Shown here in pieces: positions 52,739 through 61,247 of a DNA stretch of 64,000 nt; position 1 is the stretch's first letter, and each line of letters begins with the position of its first letter. Below the pieces are notes generated by a model. The model ran no database searches. It saw only the letters and a program-made list of their open reading frames with translations, and was not told where the DNA came from. The stretch spans positions 1,478 to 65,477 of the forward strand of contig CACBQK010000002.1 of NCBI GenBank assembly GCA_902541365.1, written 5' to 3'. Source of the stretch: an uncultured SAR86 cluster bacterium (GTDB lineage Bacteria > Pseudomonadota > Gammaproteobacteria > Magnimaribacterales > D2472). A program made the position numbers and the translations under genes.

Positions 52739-52975
52739 ATGAAGTTAGATTTTTACTATTCATTAAATAAAATAAAAAGTTACCTTAAACAGGTCACAGA
52801 CGTTCTTTTAGTTGTAGTCGCAGTTGCCCTATTACTTGGAGTTCTTTTTGGTCCTGATGCTCCATTTGTTGGAGCAGTTTATTCAAATATTGTTACCATA
52901 TTAGATACCATAGGAGATAGCGGAGTAGTTGCTCTGGTATCCTTGATAATAATTTTTTTAATAAATAAGAAGTAG
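52739..52975 (+). CDS. Small hydrophobic membrane protein, 78 aa (paralog 2)
   Basis: Aligns by eye to paralog 1 (LFG..PFVG.VYSN...IGDSGVV vs VFG..WFFG.VLSN...LGDAGLV). Confidence 0.8.
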   Translation: MKLDFYYSLNKIKSYLKQVTDVLLVVVAVALLLGVLFGPDAPFVGAVYSNIVTILDTIGDSGVVALVSLIIIFLINKK

Positions 52976-52979
52976 AAAT

Positions 52980-53056
52980 TGGTGGCTATGGGTGGAATTG
53001 AACCACCGACCCCAGCGTTATGAGTGCTGTGCTCTAACCATCTGAGCTACATAGCC
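52980..53056 (-). tRNA. Elongator tRNA-Met(CAT)
   Basis: Reverse complement GGCTATGTAGCTCAGATGGTTAGAGCACAGCACTCATAACGCTGGGGTCGGTGGTTCAATTCCACCCATAGCCACCA. The GGCUA acceptor matches elongator Met rather than Ile2. Confidence 0.95.
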
Positions 53057-53067
53057 ATTGACCCGAA

Positions 53068-53095
53068 ATAATAATTTACTCTCGATAAAAGTCAA
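53068..53095 (-). promoter_or_regulatory. Sigma70 promoter of tRNA-Met
   Basis: Minus strand TTGACT-16 nt-TATTAT followed by a GC-rich discriminator; the -35 box overlaps the ychF TGA stop. Confidence 0.6.
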
Positions 53096-54183
53096 ACATT
53101 AAATTTAAAGTGAGCTATGTCTCCATCTTTAAATATATAATCTTTTCCTTCTAATCTTAATTTACCATTTTCTTTCGAGCCTGCCTCACCACCATAAGAT
53201 ATAAAGTCTTCAAAGCTAACAATTTCTGCCTTAATGAAACCTCTCTCAAAGTCCGTATGAATTCTTCCAGCCGCCTTAGGTGCAAGAGAACCACTTTTTA
53301 GTGTCCAAGCTCTCAGTTCATTTGGACCAGCAGTAAAAAAGGTTTCCAAACCAAGGATTTCATAGCCTTTATTAATAATTTTATTAAGGGCTGGTTCTTT
53401 TATACCTTCTAATTCAAGAAAATCTTTTTTATCCTGCTCATCAAGGCTAGCTATCTCTTCTTCTAATTTTATTTGAACTGCAATAACTTCCTGATTCATT
53501 TTTTTTGCATACTCTTTGAGATTATCGAGATTATCTGAAGATGATGCAGTATCAGAAACATTTGCAATGAAAAAGATTGGTTTAGCTGTTAATAACTGAA
53601 AAGATTGGATTATTTTTAGATCTTCTTTGTTGGAATAGTCAGATATATTAATAAAATTCCCAGATTCTAGAGTTTTTATACAACTATCTATCAAGCTAAA
53701 TTCATTTGCTAAATCCTTATCACCTGATCTTAATTTTTTTTCGATCTTTTCTTTTCTTTTATTTAATGTTTCTAAATCAGCAAAAATAAGCTCAAGATTT
53801 ATCACTTCTGCATCTCTGGTCGAATTAATTTCACCATCTACATGAGTGATATTACTATCATCAAAGCATCTTACAACATGAGCTAAGGCATTCATTTCTC
53901 TTATATTTGATAAGAAGCTATTTCCTAGACCTTCACCCTTAGATGCGCCCTTAACTAATCCAGCAATATCAACTAAGTTTAGAGTTGTTGGTATAACTTT
54001 TTTAGCTCTCACTATTTCTTGCAACTTGTTGAGTCTAGAGTCAGGAACCTCAACAACTCCTACATTTGGTTCAATTGTACAAAAAGGGAAATTTTCAGCA
54101 GGTATTGAGGATTGAGTAATTGCATTAAAGAGTGTTGATTTTCCTACATTAGGTAAACCAATAATCCCACATTTAAAGCCCAT
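53092..54183 (-). CDS. ychF: Redox-regulated ATPase YchF
   Basis: GLPNVGKST, NFPFCTIEPN, DIAGLV, FFTAGP, IHTDFERGFI. Confidence 0.99.
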   Translation of the reverse strand: MGFKCGIIGLPNVGKSTLFNAITQSSIPAENFPFCTIEPNVGVVEVPDSRLNKLQEIVRAKKVIPTTLNLVDIAGLVKGASKGEGLGNSFLSNIREMNALAHVVRCFDDSNITHVDGEINSTRDAEVINLELIFADLETLNKRKEKIEKKLRSGDKDLANEFSLIDSCIKTLESGNFINISDYSNKEDLKIIQSFQLLTAKPIFFIANVSDTASSSDNLDNLKEYAKKMNQEVIAVQIKLEEEIASLDEQDKKDFLELEGIKEPALNKIINKGYEILGLETFFTAGPNELRAWTLKSGSLAPKAAGRIHTDFERGFIKAEIVSFEDFISYGGEAGSKENGKLRLEGKDYIFKDGDIAHFKFNV

Positions 54184-54184
54184 A

Positions 54185-54739
54185 TTAATTCACTAAGTTT
54201 TGAAGATTATCTATTTCTAGGCTAAATATTCTATCTTTGTGAGCTATGATCTTTTTGTATAAGTCCTCAAGAAGCTGAGCCTCTTCAGGTTTAAATTTAC
54301 TTAAAACCCAATTTGTAACTTCATTCTTTTTACCGGGGTGACTAACGCCAATTTTTAACCTTTTAAAGTCTTTCCCAATGACATTTGATAAATCTTTTAA
54401 TCCATTATGACCGCCATCTCCACCTCCAGATTTAAACTTTGCTTGACCAATCTGTGTATCAATGTCGTCATGAAATACTAAAATCTGCTCTGGTTTAGCA
54501 TTAAGGTATCTTTTGAGCAATAAAACAACTTTGCCAGTCTCATTTACATAGACATCAGGTAGAACTAAATATACTTGTGGTTTTATCTCACAAATACTGC
54601 ATTTAAGTTTTGATTTTTTTACGAAAGATAGATCATGATCTTTGGCAATTTTTTCAACCCAATCTTTTCCAACATTATGCCTAGTATTGTTATATTTTTG
54701 TTCTGGATTTCCGATTCCAAGAATAAATACCTTTTGCAC
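54185..54739 (-). CDS. pth: Peptidyl-tRNA hydrolase (likely GTG start at 54739)
   Basis: GIGNPEQKYNNTRHNVG, HDDID, GGHNGLKD, VTNWVL. Confidence 0.96.
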   Translation of the reverse strand: MQKVFILGIGNPEQKYNNTRHNVGKDWVEKIAKDHDLSFVKKSKLKCSICEIKPQVYLVLPDVYVNETGKVVLLLKRYLNAKPEQILVFHDDIDTQIGQAKFKSGGGDGGHNGLKDLSNVIGKDFKRLKIGVSHPGKKNEVTNWVLSKFKPEEAQLLEDLYKKIIAHKDRIFSLEIDNLQNLVN

Positions 54740-54746
54740 AGAGCAA

Positions 54747-55448
54747 TTATTCTGAGGCTTCTTCTTTATCTTCTGATTCTTCAGAGCCTTCGTCAGAAGC
54801 TCCATCAGTGACCTCATCACCATCTTCGTCTCCTTCAACAGTATCATCTTCAAGAGGCTCTTCTTCAACCACAGCTTTTGGAGCATTCACAGAAACAACC
54901 ATTTGATCAGTTTCTTCGGTCAGTCCTGGAATTTCTGAACCCTCCGGAAGTGTTATGTTGGTAAGTCTTATTGAGTCGCCCAAAGCAAGTTCAGCAATAT
55001 CAACTTCAATAATTTCAGGAATATTTTCCGCAGAACATAGAATCTCGATATCTCTCATTGTTTTTGTAACAACTCCTCCCTCTGTTTTAACCCCAATACA
55101 ATCCTCTTCATTTAAGAAGTTGAAAGGAATTGTGACTTTGAGCATAGTTTTCCTAGAAACTCTCATAAAATCAGCATGAAGCAACTTACCTTTCATAGGC
55201 TCTCTTTGAAGCTCCTTAAGAACAACCTTTTCATCATTTTCACCCACTTTAATGATTAGAACTTGGGTAAAAAATAAATCATTTTGAGATGCCTTTGTAA
55301 GCTCATTGAGAGGAATGTTTACATTTAAGAGCTCTTTTTCACTTCCATAAATGACAGCTGGAACCATGTTTTCACTTCTAATATTTCTAGCTCTATTAGA
55401 CCCAAGCTCAGACCTTGAAACTGCATTTATCATTATTTGTTCTGACAT
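54747..55448 (-). CDS. rplY: 50S ribosomal protein L25/Ctc (likely start 55448)
   Basis: VPAVIYG, LHADFMR, GVKTEGG, acidic tail. Confidence 0.96.
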   Translation of the reverse strand: MSEQIMINAVSRSELGSNRARNIRSENMVPAVIYGSEKELLNVNIPLNELTKASQNDLFFTQVLIIKVGENDEKVVLKELQREPMKGKLLHADFMRVSRKTMLKVTIPFNFLNEEDCIGVKTEGGVVTKTMRDIEILCSAENIPEIIEVDIAELALGDSIRLTNITLPEGSEIPGLTEETDQMVVSVNAPKAVVEEEPLEDDTVEGDEDGDEVTDGASDEGSEESEDKEEASE

Positions 55449-55458
55449 AAAAAACCTC

Positions 55459-56412
55459 TTATAAAAAAACCGCACTTAAAGACTCTTCATGAGAGAGCCT
55501 AATAATACATTCTGCTAATAATGGAGCGATTGATATTACGCGTATTTTACTGCATTTTTGTCCATCTTTGGTAAGAGGTATTGAATTTGTTACAACTAGT
55601 TCGTCAATATCAGAAGAACTAATTCTCTCTATAGCTGGTCCAGACAGAACAGGATGAGTTATATACGCACTGACTTTACTTGCTCCAGCATCCTTAAGAG
55701 CCTTGGCTGCATTGCATAATGTTCCTGCTGTATCAACAATATCGTCAGGAACAATGCATTCTTTTCCTTTAACATCACCTATAATATTCATTACCTCTGA
55801 TTTGTTAGCTTCATCTCTTCGTTTATCAATAATTGCAAGATCAAGACCGTCTAAATACTTTGCTAAAGCTCTTGATCTAACTACACCTCCAACATCAGGA
55901 GAAACAATGACTAAATTATCTTGAGAATAGTTTTTAGAAATATCCTCAATCATTAATTTCGTTGCGTAAATATTATCAGCAGGCATATCAAAAAAACCTT
56001 GAATTGTCTCAGAATGAAGATCTAAGGTCAGAACTCGATTAATTCCTACAGAACTAAACATATCTGATACAACCTTCGCACTAATCGGAACTCTTGAGGA
56101 CCTCACTCTTCGATCTTGTCTGGCATAACCAAAATATGGAACAACTGCTGTTATTTTAGAGGCAGATGATCTTTTGAGGGCATCAGCGAGTAACATTAGC
56201 TCCATGAGATGTTTATCAGCTGGCGAGCAAGTGGACTGAATTATAAAGGTATCATGGCCTCTGACATTTTCATTAATTTCAACAAGGATTTCTCCATCTG
56301 AGAAAGTTCCCAGCTCGATTGAAGAAAGCTCATTGTTAAGGAGTTTTGCAACTTCATTTGAAAGTTCAGTGCAAGATGACCCTGAAAAGATGTCTATTGT
56401 TCCGTTACTCAT
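55459..56412 (-). CDS. prs: Ribose-phosphate pyrophosphokinase (likely start 56412)
   Basis: [31 protein letters not shown]. Confidence 0.98.
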   Translation of the reverse strand: MSNGTIDIFSGSSCTELSNEVAKLLNNELSSIELGTFSDGEILVEINENVRGHDTFIIQSTCSPADKHLMELMLLADALKRSSASKITAVVPYFGYARQDRRVRSSRVPISAKVVSDMFSSVGINRVLTLDLHSETIQGFFDMPADNIYATKLMIEDISKNYSQDNLVIVSPDVGGVVRSRALAKYLDGLDLAIIDKRRDEANKSEVMNIIGDVKGKECIVPDDIVDTAGTLCNAAKALKDAGASKVSAYITHPVLSGPAIERISSSDIDELVVTNSIPLTKDGQKCSKIRVISIAPLLAECIIRLSHEESLSAVFL

Positions 56413-56419
56413 TTTTATA

Positions 56420-56494
56420 TGGCTGGGGTGGTAGGATTCGAACCTACGCATGACGGGATCAAAACCCGTTGCCTTACCGCTTGGCCACACCCCA
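56420..56494 (-). tRNA. tRNA-Gln(TTG)
   Basis: Reverse complement TGGGGTGTGGCCAAGCGGTAAGGCAACGGG-TTTTGAT-CCCGT...CACCCCAGCCA; usual ispE-tRNA-Gln-prs position. Confidence 0.98.
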
Positions 56495-56499
56495 TCTCT

Positions 56500-57288
56500 T
56501 TAAACTCCTATCAATGGTGAGTATTGTAATCCTTCACAGAAAAAGAATCTCCAATTTTTTGGAATTTTTTGTAATATTTTTTCTAAATCATCTTTTTTGT
56601 CATACTCTATAAAGAGCGTCGAGCCAGTTCCAGAAAGCTTCAAATCATAATCATTTGCATTGCTAACATAAAATTCTTCAATGCTTTTATTTTCTCTAAG
56701 TAGAATATCCAGAAATGAATTTTGATGTTTGGGGCTTAATTTATTAATTTTGAGTTTTCTAAACATTTCACCAGTTGAAACTTCAATATTTGGACAAATA
56801 AGTAGGAATTTACTTTTTCTTAATTCAACATCTAAAAACACATCACCGATTCCTGTTGCGATAGCATTTTTACCATAAATAAATATAGGAATATCAGCTC
56901 CAAGGGGCTTCCCAATCTTAACTAACTCTTCCCTAGATAAATCAAGATCCCATATTTTGTTCAATGCAATTAGAGTTGTTGCTGCATTAGAGCTCCCACC
57001 TCCAAGTCCAGCTCCAACTGGAATATTCTTTTTTAAATGAATCTGAATACCCTCATTTACTTCACAATATTCTCTGATTGCATTTAATGATTTAAAAATT
57101 AAATTATTTTTAGGCTCTATTTCTGCACCATCACAGCTAATAGCGAAAGATTCATTACTTTTCTCAAATGTAATCTCATCGAATAAATCTATTAACTGAA
57201 AGGTAGTTTCCAAATTATGATAACCATCAATTCTTTTTGAAATAACTCTCAAGTTAAGATTTAACTTTGCAGGAGATAAAAACTTCAT
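56500..57288 (-). CDS. ispE: 4-diphosphocytidyl-2-C-methyl-D-erythritol kinase
   Basis: PAKLNLNL, YHNLET, KNIPVGAGLGGGSSNAA, GADIP, LSGTGS. Confidence 0.97.
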   Translation of the reverse strand: MKFLSPAKLNLNLRVISKRIDGYHNLETTFQLIDLFDEITFEKSNESFAISCDGAEIEPKNNLIFKSLNAIREYCEVNEGIQIHLKKNIPVGAGLGGGSSNAATTLIALNKIWDLDLSREELVKIGKPLGADIPIFIYGKNAIATGIGDVFLDVELRKSKFLLICPNIEVSTGEMFRKLKINKLSPKHQNSFLDILLRENKSIEEFYVSNANDYDLKLSGTGSTLFIEYDKKDDLEKILQKIPKNWRFFFCEGLQYSPLIGV

Positions 57289-57413
57289 TTTGCTTCAATT
57301 ATTTTTCTTTACTAGATAAGCTGTATAATAACATTCAAAGTTTTGATCAAAAATGAAAAAAAATCTTTCAAATCAATCAATTTTTAGCTACAGCTAAATA
57401 CTTAACCTAAATA

Positions 57414-58643
57414 ATGCAAGAAATTCACCTAGTTGGAATAAACCATAAGACCTCAAAGGTTTCAGATAGAGAAAGATTTATCGTTGATGATTCAAATCTC
57501 GTTTATCTTAACGATTTTCTAGTTACAAAATTAGATAAAAAGATTTCTGGTTTTTTTGGCCTTTCTACATGCAATAGAACTGAAATATATTTCTATGGAG
57601 ACATGGGTATAGAGGATGATGTCCTTAAGTTAACTAAAGAGGCTCTTAATATTTCTGATATACCTGATAAAAACTTTTATATTTATGGTGGTTTAAAAGC
57701 ATTAGAACATATGTGCAGAGTTTGTTGCGGTATAGATTCCCAAGTGGTTGGGGAGCAAGAAATATTTGGACAATTTAAAAACGCATATAACTCAGCCAAA
57801 GCTTTTAGGATCGTTGGGAAAGAACTTATGATTTATGTTGAAAAAGTTTTTGAAATTACGAAAAAAGTAAGAACCGAAACAAAAATAGGCATAAATCCAT
57901 TATCTGTGAGTGGCTTATCATTTAATCTCGTAAAGGAAATATTTGAGAATCCTGAAAATAAGGAAGTCCTTGTAATTGGAGGAGGAGATTTAGCAAAATC
58001 TATAATTAAAAACCTCTATGATAAAGGTTTGAGGTCTATTTCTGCTATAAATAGAACCATAAAAGAAATAAAGATATCTGATGATTTTTCAATAATCCCA
58101 ATGCCTCTGAACCTAGTTCATAGAGAAATTATTAATGCTGATATTATTATTTGCTCTGCATCAAGTCTTACACCAATTATCGGTAAAGGAGCAGTTGAAA
58201 ATGCCTTTAAAAATAGAGGAAATAAACCAATGATGATAATAGATTTGGCTGTTCCAAGGAATGTTGAGCCAGAAATAGAAGATTTGGAACTTGTTTATTT
58301 GTTTTCAATTGATGATATCGAAAAGATTTCTCAAGATAATCTTGAAGAAAGATTGGTTGAAGCTGGAAGAGGAAAAGAGATCATCAAATATCAAGCCTTA
58401 AAATTACATAAAACTATTAATTCGAAGATAGAGGATGACAAATTTGTTTTTGAGATATTAAAACTTCTTAAATCTATAGACGATAAAAGAGTATTTGAAC
58501 TTTCCAATGATAACGACATAAATTTAGAGTTTTTAACTCTTGTTGAAAATACAAACAATATTCAATTATCAGAAAAGCTTAGAAAAAAAATTGAACTTAT
58601 CGATGGCCAAAAACTTATTTCAATAATTTCTAACTATAAATAA
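57414..58643 (+). CDS. hemA: Glutamyl-tRNA reductase
   Basis: GINHKT, STCNRTE, GIDSQVVGE, IIDLAVPRNV. Confidence 0.96.
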   Translation: MQEIHLVGINHKTSKVSDRERFIVDDSNLVYLNDFLVTKLDKKISGFFGLSTCNRTEIYFYGDMGIEDDVLKLTKEALNISDIPDKNFYIYGGLKALEHMCRVCCGIDSQVVGEQEIFGQFKNAYNSAKAFRIVGKELMIYVEKVFEITKKVRTETKIGINPLSVSGLSFNLVKEIFENPENKEVLVIGGGDLAKSIIKNLYDKGLRSISAINRTIKEIKISDDFSIIPMPLNLVHREIINADIIICSASSLTPIIGKGAVENAFKNRGNKPMMIIDLAVPRNVEPEIEDLELVYLFSIDDIEKISQDNLEERLVEAGRGKEIIKYQALKLHKTINSKIEDDKFVFEILKLLKSIDDKRVFELSNDNDINLEFLTLVENTNNIQLSEKLRKKIELIDGQKLISIISNYK

Positions 58644-59734
58644 TGCAAGATTCTATTGAGGCAAAGCTAATAAAACTTTCAGAACGCCTTTCGGAAATTG
58701 AAAAACAATTAATTGAGGAATCCTCAACTTTAAATCAAGATGATTTAATTTCACTAAATAAAGAGTTTTCGCATATTCAGCCTATTGTTGATCTTTATTC
58801 CAAATATCAGAAGGTTCTCGATGAAAACACACAAGCAAAAAGTCTTTCAAAGTCTGATGAAAATGAAATTAAAGAATTGGCTCAAGTAGAGGTTGAAGAA
58901 ACAGAAAACTCAATGAATGAAATCCTTGGAGAACTAAAGTTAATGCTTTTACCTGTTGATGAGGATGATGAAAGATCAGCTTTTTTAGAAATCAGAGCAG
59001 GAGCAGGGGGGGATGAGGCTGCGATTTTTTCAGGTAACTTATTTAGGATGTACTCTCGATTAGCAGAAAGGGAAAAATGGATTATTGAGATTATTTCTCA
59101 GAAAGATGCAGAGCATGGAGGCTTTAAAGAAATAATTGCAAAAATATCAGGAAAGCTGGTCTACAAAACACTTAAATTTGAATCGGGAGTCCATCGTGTT
59201 CAAAGAGTTCCTGAAACTGAATCACAAGGTAGAGTCCACACATCAACATGTACAGTTGCCGTTCTTCCTGAGGCAGAAGAAATAGATGATATAGAGATAG
59301 ATAAATCTGAAATAAGAGTAGATACTTTCAGAGCGTCTGGAGCAGGGGGCCAGCATGTTAATAAAACTGACTCAGCTGTAAGAATTACTCATCTTCCAAG
59401 TGGTTTGGTTGTAGAGTGTCAAGATGACAGGTCGCAGCACAAAAACAAAACAAAAGCATTATCCCTTTTAAGTGCAAAGTTAAAAAAACAGGAGGAGGAA
59501 AATCAGCAAGCTGAAATAGCTTCTGAGAGGAAAATCCTTGTAGGCTCTGGGGATAGAAGTGAGAAGATTAGAACTTATAATTTTCCTCAAGGAAGAGTTA
59601 CTGACCATAGAATTAAACTTACCCAGCATAATCTTGATCAAGTAATGGATGGAGATATAAGATCTATCAGCGATGCCTTAATAGCAGAAAATCAGCTAGA
59701 AATGCTTGCTCAGCTTGAATTAGATAATAAATGA
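58643..59734 (+). CDS. prfA: Peptide chain release factor 1
   Basis: GGDEA, PET motif (QRVPETE), GAGGQHVN, RTYNFPQGR. Confidence 0.99.
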   Translation: MQDSIEAKLIKLSERLSEIEKQLIEESSTLNQDDLISLNKEFSHIQPIVDLYSKYQKVLDENTQAKSLSKSDENEIKELAQVEVEETENSMNEILGELKLMLLPVDEDDERSAFLEIRAGAGGDEAAIFSGNLFRMYSRLAEREKWIIEIISQKDAEHGGFKEIIAKISGKLVYKTLKFESGVHRVQRVPETESQGRVHTSTCTVAVLPEAEEIDDIEIDKSEIRVDTFRASGAGGQHVNKTDSAVRITHLPSGLVVECQDDRSQHKNKTKALSLLSAKLKKQEEENQQAEIASERKILVGSGDRSEKIRTYNFPQGRVTDHRIKLTQHNLDQVMDGDIRSISDALIAENQLEMLAQLELDNK

Positions 59735-60513
59735 AGTCTGAAAAAGATATTGATCTTTCTGAATTAAGCTTTGAGACTAAAAGAGACATAAATTTCTACA
59801 TAAAAGAAAAATTTAAAGACTCATCTAAGTTTACCCAAAGTCAAATCAGTAAAATAGAAAATGTTGCTAAATTTTTACAAGAAGGATACCCGAGGGATTA
59901 CTTAATTGGAAACTCTGAATTTTACGGAAGAAAATATTTTGTAGACCAAAGAGTTCTCATTCCAAGACCTGAAACAGAAGTTCTTGTGGATACTATAAAA
60001 AGTTTAAATTTATCTGATGGCTCAATTCTATGTGATCTTGGAACAGGATCAGGATGCATTGGCATCTCTTTAGCAATGTTAAATGAGAGTTTCATTGTAT
60101 TTGGTGTAGATATTTCTGAAGAAGCTATTCTAGTTGCAAGAAAGAATGATCTAACTTACATGAAAAAAAATTTCTTTTTAATCCAATCAAACTGGGCTTC
60201 ATGTTTTCAAGAAAATTCTATCGACTGCATAATTTCTAATCCTCCATATATTGATAAAGATGATTCTCACCTAGCAGATCTAAAGCATGAGCCATTATTA
60301 GCCCTTGTTTCTGAATTACACGGGTTAGAAGCTTTCGAAATTATTTCTCAACAAGCCAAACAACTACTTAAGAAAGATGGATTACTGCTACTAGAGCATG
60401 GCTTTGATCAAAGCGAGCATGTAGAGAAAATTATTTATAAAAATGATTTAAAATTAATTAGAAAGATAAAAGATCTATCAGGAAATGATAGAGTGATATT
60501 GGCACAAAAATGA
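59731..60513 (+). CDS. prmC: Release factor glutamine methyltransferase
   Basis: LIPRPETE, DLGTGSG, SNPPY, LEHG. Confidence 0.96.
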   Translation: MKSEKDIDLSELSFETKRDINFYIKEKFKDSSKFTQSQISKIENVAKFLQEGYPRDYLIGNSEFYGRKYFVDQRVLIPRPETEVLVDTIKSLNLSDGSILCDLGTGSGCIGISLAMLNESFIVFGVDISEEAILVARKNDLTYMKKNFFLIQSNWASCFQENSIDCIISNPPYIDKDDSHLADLKHEPLLALVSELHGLEAFEIISQQAKQLLKKDGLLLLEHGFDQSEHVEKIIYKNDLKLIRKIKDLSGNDRVILAQK

Positions 60514-61247
60514 ATTTAGATTTTTTTGAAAAACAGTTACTTATAGATAATTTCTCCGAGAAATTACAGAAAAAGATCTTTGATACAAACTGTCTTGTAA
60601 TCGGAGGAGGTGGCATTGCTCATCCGCTTCTCACCTATTTAGTTTCGACAGGTTTTGGAAATATTTCAATTGCTGATGGTGATAAGGTTGAGCTATCAAA
60701 TCTTCACAGACAATACCATTTTAATACAAGCGATCTCAATAAAAGAAAAGCAGAAGTCTTGAAAGACAAATTTAAGAATGACTACGAATTTATTAATATT
60801 AAATCAATAAATAAATTCCTTGAAGAAAAAGATCTATTCGAATTAATTGAACATCATGATTTGATTTTTGATGCATCTGATAATTTTCAAACAAGATATA
60901 TCTCTAATGATGTGTGTCATGAGCATAAAAAACCCTTAATATCTGGGGCTGCAGAAGGGATGCTAGGAATTGTTGCTGCTTTTAACTTTAAAGAAGATTC
61001 ACCTTGTTATGAGTGCCTATTCCCAAGGAACTATAACTTAAATGAAAATACCTGCCAAAACTCTGGTATTACACCTTCAGTGCTAGGCATAATTGGATCT
61101 TTTATGGCTTCAATTGCTCTAAAAATAATTGCTGATAATGCATTTAGGAGTTCGGTAATGCGGATAAATTTATCTGATCTTAGTATTTCTCAGCCAAAAC
61201 TTAAAAAAGATGTATTGTGTAAGATTTGTGGAGAAAACAAAGGATGA
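60510..61247 (+). CDS. moeB: MoeB/ThiF-family adenylyltransferase
   Basis: IGGGG, DKVELSNLHRQ, DASDNF, CYEC and CKIC zinc pairs. MoeB vs ThiF is assigned from position only. Confidence 0.8.
   Translation: MNLDFFEKQLLIDNFSEKLQKKIFDTNCLVIGGGGIAHPLLTYLVSTGFGNISIADGDKVELSNLHRQYHFNTSDLNKRKAEVLKDKFKNDYEFINIKSINKFLEEKDLFELIEHHDLIFDASDNFQTRYISNDVCHEHKKPLISGAAEGMLGIVAAFNFKEDSPCYECLFPRNYNLNENTCQNSGITPSVLGIIGSFMASIALKIIADNAFRSSVMRINLSDLSISQPKLKKDVLCKICGENKG

Noticed and set aside
52357-52979. Small-gene pair as a remnant island integrated at the tRNA-Met 3' end
   Set aside because: I saw no duplicated tRNA 3' end (att site), no integrase and no compositional break.
52980-53056. CAT-anticodon tRNA as the TilS substrate tRNA-Ile2
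   Set aside because: The acceptor stem and overall sequence match elongator tRNA-Met.
54740-54886. N-terminal extension of Pth in the ORF track
   Set aside because: It overlaps the rplY 3' end. Homology starts at GTG 54739 (VQKVFILGIGNP).
56413-56490. N-terminal extension of Prs ([12 protein letters not shown]...)
   Set aside because: It is the tRNA-Gln sequence read as codons.
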